From: Balanoglossus misakiensis
Taxonomy: Eukaryota > Animalia > Hemichordata
DNA: 64,000 bases
Assembly (NCBI GenBank): GCA_040954595.2
Contig: JBECUI020000024.1
Coordinates: 620,001-684,000, forward strand
Reading direction: 5' to 3'
Position numbers and translations under genes: made by a program. This document shows positions 24,410-36,100 of the stretch, piece by piece (the stretch's first letter is position 1; each line of letters opens with the position of its first letter). Below the pieces are notes generated by a model. The model was not told the DNA's origin and searched no databases. It was given only the letters and a program-made list of their open reading frames with translations.

Positions 24410-24480
24410 TCCTCATGGTGTAATGGTTAACGCACTTGTCACTTTGTGATAAGGGATCCTGGTTCGATTCCTGGTGAGGA
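24410..24480 (+). ncRNA. tRNA-like Pol III unit, inverted twin of 19878-19948
   Basis: TCCTCATGGTGTAATGGTTAACGCACTTGTCACTTTGTGATAAGGGATCCTGGTTCGATTCCTGGTGAGGA. Confidence 0.6.
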
Positions 24481-24515
24481 TGATAAAAAAGGAGTCCATT
24501 TGCTGTGTGTTTTCC

Positions 24516-24658
24516 ATGTATGTATGTATGTATGTATGTATGTATGTATGTATGTATGTATGTATGTATGTATGCATGCATGCATGCATGCATGCATGCA
24601 TGCATGTATGTATGTATGTATGTATGTATGTATGTATGTATGTATGTATGTATGTATG

Positions 24659-24692
<34 letters not shown>

Positions 24693-24703
24693 TGTATGTA
24701 TGT
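24516..24703. repeat. Compound microsatellite (TATG)n(CATG)n(TATG)n, inverted relative of 22397-22673
   Basis: Visible; shares unique flank acacagtgtgtgttgtgtgttagatagg in reverse complement. Confidence 0.95.
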
Positions 24704-25890
24704 ACCTATCTAACACACAACACACACTGTGTATATTTAATTCCACAATGCTTGATACTAAAACTGTCCACAAAAAAACATTTGTTTATAACCCCTAAGT
24801 GCTTGTCTTCCACATTTACCTTCTCTTGGCATTTATTTCCACAGATGATGCAATACTGCTCGTCTCTTCATCCTGGTCTCTTGCGCTCCCCTTTTTACTC
24901 TCCCTGAATGCTGACAACACGTACCGTCTCATTGTTCAGTGGATATGCCTTGCTGTCATCTGCATCTGCTCCCTCAGTACCCCCTTCTCCCTGGCACAAT
25001 CATCCAAATACTATCGCAGAGGGCGCTATACTATATGACGATCAACACAATATCATTCAGATAATCTTTGCACAGTGGGTAAATTAAGCATTTGGTTTTT
25101 CACGAGACTTTCATCAGTTGTACTAAAATGAAATGTGTCTACACTATACAAATGACAATGGCCTTCTAATTCAGAGACGTTGGGAAGGACTAGTGAGCAC
25201 ATACAGCAAATCAGAAGGCCCAAAATGGCAAAGTTGCATGATTACTAATGGGAAACAAAGAATACACAGGGTATATTTAATTCCACAGAGTGCTTGATAC
25301 TAAAATTATTGCTGTTTTACAATTGTGGCATTTACTGCTGATAATGAGGTTACCATAGATACAATTGGAATGGAACCGGACAGGGATAAACATATAAAGG
25401 CAAGGTTAACCCCCCACCCCCTACCACAGAGGGCGCTATACCGATCATCAAGTCAGTACCATTGACATAAATCTGTGCAGAGTGGGTAAATTAGGCATTT
25501 GGTTCTTCAGATTTTCATAAGTTGCACTAAAATGCTATGTGGCCCACTACAAGGACAAATAAGTCAAAAATGGCAAATTTGATATTTACTTTGAGGTTGA
25601 CATGGGGCAAAGGAGACAATACAAGAACACTGAAACTCAATTAGTGAAACACTAAAGTTGTACATGTACTTTATTTCTCTAACAAACTTAGAGAAAATTT
25701 ACATGGCCATCTTTTTACTCAGAGAACTGATGTTGAAAAGAAAACAATGTTACATCATAAAATTGAAATCCTACATGTCACTAATTTCTGATTTTCACAA
25801 ATGTTCATAAAAAAACCTGTTCTCTGCAAACCTTACCCCCCCCCCTCATATTGTCGGTGCTTCTAATGTAACTCTCAATTTTTCCCTAAG

Positions 25891-26215
25891 GTGTTAAAAG
25901 AACCAAATGGTGATGATATGGTAGAAGGGATATTTGAGGGAATAGACATAGATGAGTAAGTATTAACTGCAGTACTTGCTTCCACCAATTTCCTATCATT
26001 TTGTGTACATGTTCACGTCTCTGTGTCTTACCAATCACATTCTGTCCTTTTTATTTTTTTCTAGAAGTGGCATCTTCTGTGTCAGACGGCAAATACTTAC
26101 AGTGTCCCACCTTATGCCAGACCTTGGGTACAGAGGAGGCCATATTAGAAAACCTGCCAATGCATGTACACTACTCTATCAATCAAGAAATGCAACAGTC
26201 ACAAAGATTGAGTAA
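25891..26215 (+). pseudogene. OB-fold gene copy C, last two exons (25891-25955, 26065-26215)
   Basis: aag|VLKEPNGDDMVEGIFEGIDID|gtaag; tag|SGIFCV..(frameshifts)..EEAILENLPMHVHYSI..ATVTKIE*. Confidence 0.6.
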
Positions 26216-26498
26216 GTTAACTAAACCAAAGCAATCTCCACCCTGCAACTTCCCCAGCACTTACTATCTGCATGCAAGTTGTGAACTTTTAATTTAGTAT
26301 TCATTACAGAAACATTTCAGTCCTACAATTCACATGCATCTTATTTTCTTCAACACCAACTTATACAAAATATGATTTAACCATCTTGTTCTCATTTCTC
26401 TCCAATGTACAGAAAGCAGTAGCCTGGATGGATTTACAGAGAGAGAGGCTAGTACACGGCACTCATGTGGACATGCACTACCACATATCATATCTCAA

Positions 26499-26670
26499 CG
26501 GGACTTCGGTTGTCGCTGTAGTATTTAACCCAAGTTTAACTGTGACACCCACGTCCGTACATGGCAAGGTTTTCTCTCCCAAAAGTTTCAGTTTGGCATC
26601 CCAGTTACCATCAGTTGCGCTTTCTCCATGCCTTCTAAGTTGAATGCGATTTACCATCACCGGATTCATA
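26499..26670 (-). pseudogene. OB-fold gene copy C, second-OB exon (donor GT>TT)
   Basis: Reverse complement of 14516-14687. Confidence 0.75.
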
Positions 26671-27119
26671 CTGTGGTGCAAAGACAATTAAAAACATCGA
26701 TTGTAAGTCATTTAGTAGTGATACCATTGTTACCAAACCTCGTTTTAAAATACATGTAATCTGTACTCAAAACTATCATTTTTTCTTTCTTTCTAGAATA
26801 TGACTTGTGAGCGAGTGCTGCGTTTAAATTGATACTGAGAATAAACACCGCTAATCGACAATAAAATCAACGTATTTTCAAATGCAAGTGAACGCATGGA
26901 GGCGGCCATATTGAATTTAGGTTACATCCTAAGACATTCCGACTGGGCTTCAGGTGGATTCGGGAAAGGTCTCTAAAACATAATCGGTCATCCGGTTTTG
27001 TATACTAAATTTCTAAAAATGAAGGACATGGGAGGTTAACATACCCACAATGACTACACACAAAAAAGGGCCCAGGCGTTTCGGGGTGCGATTGTTACGT
27101 ACCTTAGCTCCATCATCTG

Positions 27120-27358
27120 CAACCAGCCAAGGCATGGCTGTGAAATTGCGCGTCATGGAGGATGTCGAGATCCGGAATTCCGCCAACGGGAAACTGTTTA
27201 GCGTGCCTTGTATGCAGCACGATGGCAACGTTCTGGAACTTAAATTCTGGAAAGAAAATCCGAAGTGGCTGAACAGATTATAGAAGGGAGAATACGTACA
27301 GCTCCGCAACTTTTCCACTGGAAGAGATAATACCATTTGCCTCTATGATAGAGCAAAG
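27120..27358 (+). pseudogene. OB-fold gene copy C, first exon remnant with internal TAG
   Basis: TSQGMAVKLRVMEDVEIRNSANGKLFSVPC..NRL*KGEYVQLRNF..DRAK. Confidence 0.75.
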
Positions 27359-27761
27359 GCCGGGGATGCCATTACGCCGTTAAACCTGAAATATAGATTG
27401 AGAGTGGATATTGTTTTACACAATTTTTGAACATTGAAGTAAAGTATTAGAATGATGGAGTCCGATAGAAAAAGTGAGTTGGTAATTTCGGCATCCGACT
27501 TCGTTATTAAAATGGAAAGATTTGCGATTTGAGATTCGGTTACCATTTGGAAGTTTGAAAGGAAATATTTCATTCAAGTACAGTGGCAACTACTGGATTA
27601 TGGAGAATATTTGAAATGTTGATGAACGGAGACCTATTAGAATCAATGAAAACCTACCTTTATTGGTGTTACGGTTACTACACCTGACAGACCGCTGGTC
27701 TGCGTCCGACCGATTTTGAGCTCCTAGCTCTTGTGGAGACATGCGGAGGTACAGCAGGTTT

Positions 27762-29699
27762 ATTGTTTTTTTGTAAAACCATAGTTAAACTCCAAAAATC
27801 TTCTTCTCCAGAACGAGCGATGACTGAGTCGCAAGATTCGGGGAGTATGGTCACTACACTGATGTCTATCAAGTTTGCAAAGAGCATTGTGATTGGTCGA
27901 AGATTATGGCGGCCATATTGGATTTTGTAAAAAACAGAGAAAAATTGAAATTCCTTTTTCTAGTCCAAAAATTGATAGCATACAAATTCTTTTTATGGAT
28001 ATCAATCGTCATGTGACTAAAATATATAACAATTTTTTGGCGATTTTTCACATGACCTTTGACCTAATTATCACGCGTTATTATTTCTGCATATCTAATT
28101 CCAGGCTAACCTATAGGGCTAGAGGTTTGGTTTTTGATGAATGTGGATTAGTGTGTGATCAAAATATTTTGCTACTTTTCATGACCCCTTTGACCTCTGC
28201 TGACCTCATTAATTATGCACATACCTAATTACAGGCGAACCAATAGAGCTAGAGTTTTGGTTTTTGTTGGACATGGACCAGTATGGGTAAAAAAAAATTG
28301 CCCAAATGTTGGGTGACCTCAGGTGACCTTTGACCTACTTCACCCTATTTCAGCAGCAAAAATACACACATCCTTGTTATGTCATGAGATAATACATCCG
28401 ATAGAAAATTCTGTTTCTTCTCATTCATACTGTGCATATATAATTCAAGATCAGCGCTTGGGCCCAACAATGCTGCTCGCAGCTTTAATTCTTCTTCTTC
28501 TTCTTCTTCCGAGAAATTCGGCCAGGTAGATCTGGAAAACCGCTGCACCTTGGGGGCTGAATCTTGGTAGGGTGATAGGGGCCAATGAGTAGACGTGCAG
28601 TGGCTCGTGAATATTTAATTAGTCACGTGACCTGGCGGCCATATTGCATTTCCTGACAATCGTTAAACGAGTCCTTCTCAAAAACTACTGGGCCGATCGA
28701 GTTCAAATTTGGTGTGCAGGTAGCCTACCTTCTGTCCATCATTTTACCCCATTGAAATCATGACGTCACACATAAAGTTTTTTTGCTACAATTGTTTTTC
28801 TGAAAAACTACTTAAAACTTTAAAAATCTTCTTCTCCAGAACCAGCGATTGCCGAGTCACAGGATTCGGGGTATGTGGTCACCTAACCTATTTTTATCAA
28901 GTTTGCGAAGCGCACTGTGATTGGTCGATCATTATGGCGGCCATGTTGGATTTTCGGAAAACCATTGAAAAATGAAAATTCTGCTTTGTAGCCAAAATGT
29001 TGACAGCACGTAAATTCTTTTTTTGGATATGAGTCATCATATGACCGGAAGTTGTTACAATTTTTCGGGGCAATTTTGACATGACCTTTGACCCAGTTTT
29101 AAAACAACTAATTATATATGCATATCCCCATACCTCCTCTTGTAAAAGCACCACAGTCATGAATTTTGTGGACATGGGTACCAATGCTGCCAGGACATGA
29201 CACAACTATTTTGGTAATTTTGGCAATGACCCTTGACCTATTTCTAAAACATCATTTTTCTGCATATCTAATTCCAGGCTAACCAATAGGGCTAGAGGTC
29301 TGGTTTTAGTTGGACATGGCCCACTCTGGGGTCAACATTTTATGCCCAAATTTTGGGTGACCTTGGATGACCTTTGATCTAATTTCCCATATCTCAGCAT
29401 CCACAGCAGTTAGAGTCCTGACTTTTGGAGGGCCGATGGAGCAGATATGGAGTCTTACACAAGACCTCATTAATTATGCGCATACCTAATTCTAGGCGAA
29501 CCAATAGAGCTAGGTGTTTGGTTTTTGTTGGACCTAGACTAGTATGGGGTCCGATTTTTTTGCCCAAATTTGGGGTGACCTCTGGTGACCTTTGACCTAC
29601 TTTCCAATATCTTGGTATCCACAGCAGATACAGCCTTGGCATTTGCTTGTTACCATGGGAACCGCTTGTGCCCCGCCAACGCTGCTTGCAACTTTAATT
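27762..29699 (+). mobile_element. Two tandem units of a non-autonomous Helentron/HINE-like repeat
   Basis: Repeated tgacctttgacc cores, (TTC)n tract at ~28490, both units end in a GCTGC-TC/TT-GCA hairpin followed by tttaatt (~28490 and 29699); class is inferred. Confidence 0.55.
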
Positions 29700-29936
29700 G
29701 TATTTTGCATTTTCTCACGGTGGCGACCATATTCCTTTGCGGCGAAGATTTATTATTTGTCTGGTTTAAACTTGCATATGCACTCATACTTAGGGTTCAT
29801 AATACTTGTAGATAGTTCAGTGCATACTTCTGTATGGGCTAAAGGTGGTGCAGTTTGAAAAAAGTGTGATAATTTCCCAAAAGTACCAGCTGATGCACCG
29901 ATTTATGTCTAATCTCTGTTTTGAATTTCTTGGCAG

Positions 29937-30137
29937 CTTAACCCAAGTTGATAGTACCCTTCTTGTCCTGGACAGAAGTCTATCTGTCAGTACAAATGGT
30001 GTAACCGTATCAGTAGATGACAACTCGTGGCATAATGTTGTCATGGTAATTGAAGAAGGCATTGTGGCAGTTTACTTGAATGGTGTTGCAGTAACATCAC
30101 CCCTTCCATCCTGGACAGGTATCGATGACTCAGAAAA
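29937..30137 (+). CDS. Exon: pentraxin/LamG part
   Basis: VDDNSWHNVVMV..VAVYLNGV; cag|...|gtaagt. Confidence 0.85.
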
Positions 30138-33100
30138 GTAAGTTGCTAGTGGAACTCCGAACATTTTTAACTCCTACAAAGCCATAGAAAATTGTCATCA
30201 TCACATGTTAAAATTCTATATTTTCCTATACTGTCAAGTTTTCCCAAGCCTCAAGAGAAGTGAACCATTTATTTGTGAAGCAGTTATCTTGTTTATAACT
30301 TATCTGCTAGGTAGCTTGTCTTACTCCTACATGACAATACAATATCATCATAACATGTTGCGACTTACAACAAAACTGGCCAAAAAAAAATCAAGGGAGC
30401 AAACTATGGACATCAGCAAAGCTATCTTCGTGGCACTTTCAAATTCAAACTTATGCGGAACGATACTGATTTTCACAGTTTATTTTTGACAACTTCTTAC
30501 CAGCACTTTTAATGAATTCATTATTCTCTTGTTTTTCAACAGCTGTATGGTAATTCTTGGTCAAAGCTATGACGAAAATGGACTCCTTGACAACTATTTT
30601 AGCTTCCATGGTGATGTTACACAGATGAATGTATACGATTATGTATTGACTCCTGTTGAAATCCAGAGTCTGGCTTTGAACTGTTCACAAAGTCCACTTG
30701 GCAATCATGTCATGTGGGTTGAAATGGATCAAGAGTTATTGGGTAGTGTGGTCAAAATCCAGCCATCAGCTTGTGGAAGTACCAGGTGCCCAATTGGTTA
30801 CTCTGGTTCACCATGCACACCTGTTGGTAAATAGCCTTATTCATTACTATCAAACAATTTTATGCATAATCTGACGAGGAGAAATTGGGTCATATTCACA
30901 GAGTTGATTAATCCTAAATCCTTACTTTAACACAGCTCTCCTTGTAATGTTGTGTCTGTCCAGGGAAAACTGTGTGAAATTTTGAGTAGTTTTTCCTGTG
31001 TACATTCACCAGCCCCTAGCTGCTGTGTGTTGTACTCCAATCACACAGCCTGCAATCTCCCTACTTTAGGAAGTATAGGGAATCATCATCTGCCCATGCC
31101 TGTATCGCTCACTCTTTTTGTTTCTACCGTACATGTATTTAACACTGAATGTAATGATACTATTCACAACCACCATCACCATCATCATCATCATAATCAT
31201 CATCACCACCACCACCACCACCACCATCATCATCACCATCATCATCATCAGTTTCTGCTGTTCCAAGAACTAGGCTTATCATGAGTGTAATTGATCATAT
31301 CAGTTATTATGCCTATGGATACCATCTCATGACTCCTGTCCTATCTTGTAGTGTTTCTTGACAGTGATCTAGTCTATTCACATGTATCAGAAAACAAGCA
31401 CTTAACAATATCTGGATTTCTCATGAATATGTGACAGATATTAACATCTAGTAGTGCATTTACCTAAATGTACCAGTGTATGCATAGGGGGTGTGGACCA
31501 GTTGTTTAATTTACAAACATTTGTTATTCTTTCATTTTTTTTTCTTCAGATAAACACGCTCCTGAAGTCATTTACTGTCCCAATACGACCCGTATAATTA
31601 GTCCTAATAGCTTGACAACAGGAGTATGGCAGGAGCCTATATTTACAGATTATGTCGCCATTGCCAATGTGACACAAACCTACACAATGGGTAAGTTTCC
31701 TATAAAATATCATTTCTGATTATAGATAATATATAACATTCACACTAACTAAGTTTTTTTTATCGGGGTGGGGTGGGGAGTTGATCTAAACAGAAACCAA
31801 CAAGCTGAGACAACTTTCCTAAGATTATGGTCAGTATGAAGCATACTGGTACAGTTTATTCTTGTAGCCGTTACTCATATATGGCTAGCACATCCTATGT
31901 GCGACAGATGATCTTGCTTCCAAGTATTAAAGCCTCAATTGCTGATACTATTACCATATGTTTATAGGCCCTTTCCTCGATCCCAGGGCAGTACAATGAA
32001 GTTAAAACTCGAAAGCATTTGTGTTTGCACGTAATTGTTTATTGGAAACAAAAGATTTGACCAACTGTTGAGCAAGGCCTTTAATCAGTAAAGTACTTAA
32101 TATTCTCCACTACTACTGGGGATACCCATACCACAAATGTTGTGTTCTCTTACAATGGGCAGTTGAATAAACGTGTGCGGCACCATATCTGTTTAGTATA
32201 CATATCTTGTTCATGTTTATATGTACAGTCACAATCAGGAGTTGATAATATGCCTGTGTATACCCACCAGATAGCTCACTTAAATGGACCATTCTAAGTT
32301 TGAAAAGAAAATCATGAAAAACATTCAAGAACCGGAAGCTATTTTGGCTTTAGCACCCATGCCTGTAATGATGTGCATAATTTTGTTCTTACAGGTGACA
32401 CCTTTTCCTGGGGAAACTACCAGATCAGCTATGTTGCTTCAGATACAGCTGGCAACAATGCACAGTGCAACTTTTTACTCTATGTACTGCGTGAGTGAAT
32501 TTTTTTATCATTCATACATAAACTTTACAAATTAATTAATATCTTGACAAATTGTCATCTCTACCCCTTGTTATGTCTTGTCACATACTGTAAAACGGGA
32601 CATTTTCGTGACAGAAAATATTTTGCAATATATCAAAAGAGGCAACTGTGACACGAGAATTAAATTTCCGCATTCTAGTATTTTACTAACTACTCTGTTA
32701 TCTCTGAAAAACATTTTATGCGACTTTATTTTCTTCTTCTTTTTTGCCGAAGTTTGGGAAAATTTGCCGTTTTACAGTAATATGATTGCATCATTATCAC
32801 TTTTGTCCCTATGTAACTATCAAAAATTATAACAACATCATTCAGAACATACAAGGACACTCAAACCCGTCTAAAACAAACCCTGTCTAATCGGGAAACC
32901 TCTCTTCAACCAACAGCTTTTCCTAGTCCCTTTTACATAGAAACATGTTAATGTGTTGGTGTTCTGTTTAAAAGATTTGACTGTGTAATAAATATGGGTG
33001 TCACACATACACCATTAAGACAGTTCTGAAGCATCTCAGAATTGATACTGTCTTAAAAAAACATGTGTGGACGGTGTAAGTGGTCCTGAAACGTCTCAGA

Positions 33101-36100
33101 TTTTAGACGGCTCTGCCAGCCAGACCTGAGCCGGTGTAAGGATTAACACCTCTCCGCAACCCATTGTCTATGGGGCCGAGCCTCAGCGCCCATACATAAA
33201 CTTTGTGTGTGTGGACACAACATGACTCAAAGGATTAATGCTCTGTGGTTAGCACTGGCAAATAGTGTCTCAAATTTTACCCTGTGTGAACCTGGTAAAA
33301 GAGGCATTGTGCCCTAGTGGCTAGGGTTGTGGGTTCGTTACCTAGACCTGGACATTTGGGTAGTATTTGCCTGTTGGATGATATATGAGACACAGACATT
33401 TGGGTAGTATTTGCCTGTTGGATGATAGATGAAATAAAATTAAAAATATATATATAGACAAATAAACTGTGTTCTCCTTTCTTTTACATCATTTGATTGT
33501 GAAAAGCCAGCACCACCAGTTAAAGGTATTTCCATCTGTAATGAGTTTGAGTCGGGTGTGTCCTGTCAGGTGGATTGTTTACCAGGATACAAGTTTGCAA
33601 GCCTGCCAGCACCTTACTATCTCTGCCATAGTGAAGGATCTTTTAATCCTGAGAATCCAGACGAGGAATTCACCTTCCCTGGATGTTCAGGTGAGAAAAA
33701 AATGATTTGGTATCAGTAAAGAAATATAATCAGGTTGCACATGCACATTCAGAAAATTCTCCAAAGAGAGAGAGAGTTTTGAGAGGGGGTATTCCAGCAT
33801 TGAGACAATTTTCTTTTAGTTATAAATGAAAAGAGAAATATGAGTAATGCAAATTCTTGCTTTACAGTATGTCAAGGTTGTGATTACAGGTAGATAATTT
33901 GTTAACATCATATCTGCTTACCCCAATATAAAGCTCCAGTACATTTGAGCTATTTTCTTAATATTTTGTTCTGGGTAAGCAGCTGTAACTTTCCTGATTG
34001 GCTAAGCGGTTTCGCAGTCTAAGTCAATACATCGTTCGCTAGATTGAAAATTGCATCTTTAACAAAATGTGTTTGTTTGTATTGTTCTACTGCAGCTCCT
34101 GGGAAGACTCAACGTGGAGTGAATTGTGGCGTGTCATACAATTCACAGGCTGGTACATGTAACAATGGTGTCATCCAGCAATTGAGGATCAGTTTTATGA
34201 ACACTATCAACTATCTGAATGATTTGTTTGGTATTTGTGGCGGTGAATGCAACTTTGATGACCTTGAAATAACCTGCGGCGCCTCAAACCGAAGAAAGAG
34301 ACAGGCTGATACTCAGCTTGTGGTTCAGTTCAGTTTCACAACCAATGCGTGAGTAGTAATTGTTATTTTTCGAGTATTTCATTCCCCTTCTGTTCTATTG
34401 AAATGACTTTGGTGACATGTCTAGGGTACTGATCCCAGGCTGTGTGAGGACCAGCTCTGTATTCCCTATACAGCTGGTGTTTGCATTATTGCAAAATATT
34501 CCATTCATGCAAGTGAAAACAAATTATTTTGTGTCTTAACACTCAAACATTTTCAGTTTTTGGCAACCCCATCATTTCTGCCCACCTTCCTTCATGTTGC
34601 GGCATCCTGTATTCTAAAGATTCATGCATTCGAAATATACTGCAAAACGTGTTATTTTCGCGAGCAGTAAATTTCTGCAAAACATGTGCTGGTCAAAAAA
34701 ACGTTAAAATAAAAAGTTGTGTAAAATGTTTTTGGAGATAATGATGCAGTTAGTGAAATACGAGAACTCGAAAATTCGTCCTCACGTAACAGTCGCCTCT
34801 TTTAATATCGCGAAAATTTCCTGTCGTGAAAACAATTCAGTTTACAGTACACACTTCTAGTTGGTATTGTAATGTGGCATATGTAAGAATTTTTTGCCTG
34901 TTGTTTTATCCATTAGCTCTGCTGATGCTGCAGCTGTAGTTATTGAAGATGCAGTCAAGAATGGTCCTTTTGATACAGCTGAATATTCGGTCGACGCTGA
35001 GACATTACAAGTTGAAAGTACAATATTCTGTTCCAATGGTAGTGTTCTTGTTGGAGAAGAATGTGGTGAGTGCCTATACTCCTCAGTTGTTATGTACTTT
35101 AACCCTTTCACTCCCAGTTTCCTCTATAGAGGTCAAACCTTACCATAGAAAACAATTGGTTTGGACTGAACCATGGTGGTGAAAGGATTAAAACTGTGTC
35201 CAAAATTAATATTATAAGGTGTAGATGTTAATATGTTTATATCGCCTGATATGACCTGTTAGGTGGGCCGTATTGCTGCGAGTGTGGTTGTGAGTCGCAG
35301 TGTACAAATTAAAGACAAGTGTGAGTGGTAAATACAACCCAACCAAGAGGTGATATAAGGAAATAATTGATTTGATATGCTCATACCAAGGAGGGACAAA
35401 GTCTCTTTCTCGCTGCCCTTTTTCCATTAATTATGTTTGATAGAAGACACAGTTAATGTTATTCTACATGTGGATATATAGTGAATCAACATTCAACCAC
35501 ACACAACTGCAATCCCACTTGTAGACACAAGAGTGAAAAACTGGCCAAAATGAATGCTGTGTGTTACAATTGTAGTTGTGTTTTAAACCATTAATGCATA
35601 ATGATCAGTACATGAACAATGTATACATCTGCCTTCAACATTTTGTATTTCCACAGTATTGTGTCCTGAAGGGTCGTACCATGACACTGAGCTGAGTCAG
35701 TGCCATCCTTGTGCAATTGGATATTATCAACCCCTTGAAGGACAAACAGCATGCAATGCCTGTCCAAATAATGGAGTCACCAGGGGAAAGAGATCATTAT
35801 CCATCTTGCAGTGTTTTGGTATGTATAACAGAAGGCAATATCTCCTCCTCGTCCACAGCCATAGCCTAGTATCTAGCCGTATTCCAAAACTAGCGTCTAG
35901 CCTCACTCATGCCACTGGCCCGATAAAACCCCATACCCCTTGCCGGGAATTGTGACGTATATATCAAATTATTGTGGTGTGATCCAATATGGAAAGAATG
36001 ACAATTGGAATGTTCATCTCTTTGGTTGAAAAAATAATTTTTCAACAATGATGTCTATTGCAGAGAGGTGCGATGTTGGTCACTACTTTGACAACGGGAC

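Noticed and set aside
22208-24907. ORFs with HTYI/MYVC/CMHA repeats
   Set aside because: Translations of tetranucleotide microsatellites
25095-25125. Hammerhead ribozyme core (CTGATGA..GAAA on the minus strand; CTGATGA in the 309-bp units)
   Set aside because: No convincing stem II or stem III
30952-31284. Poly-His ORF
   Set aside because: Intronic (CAT/CAC)n microsatellite
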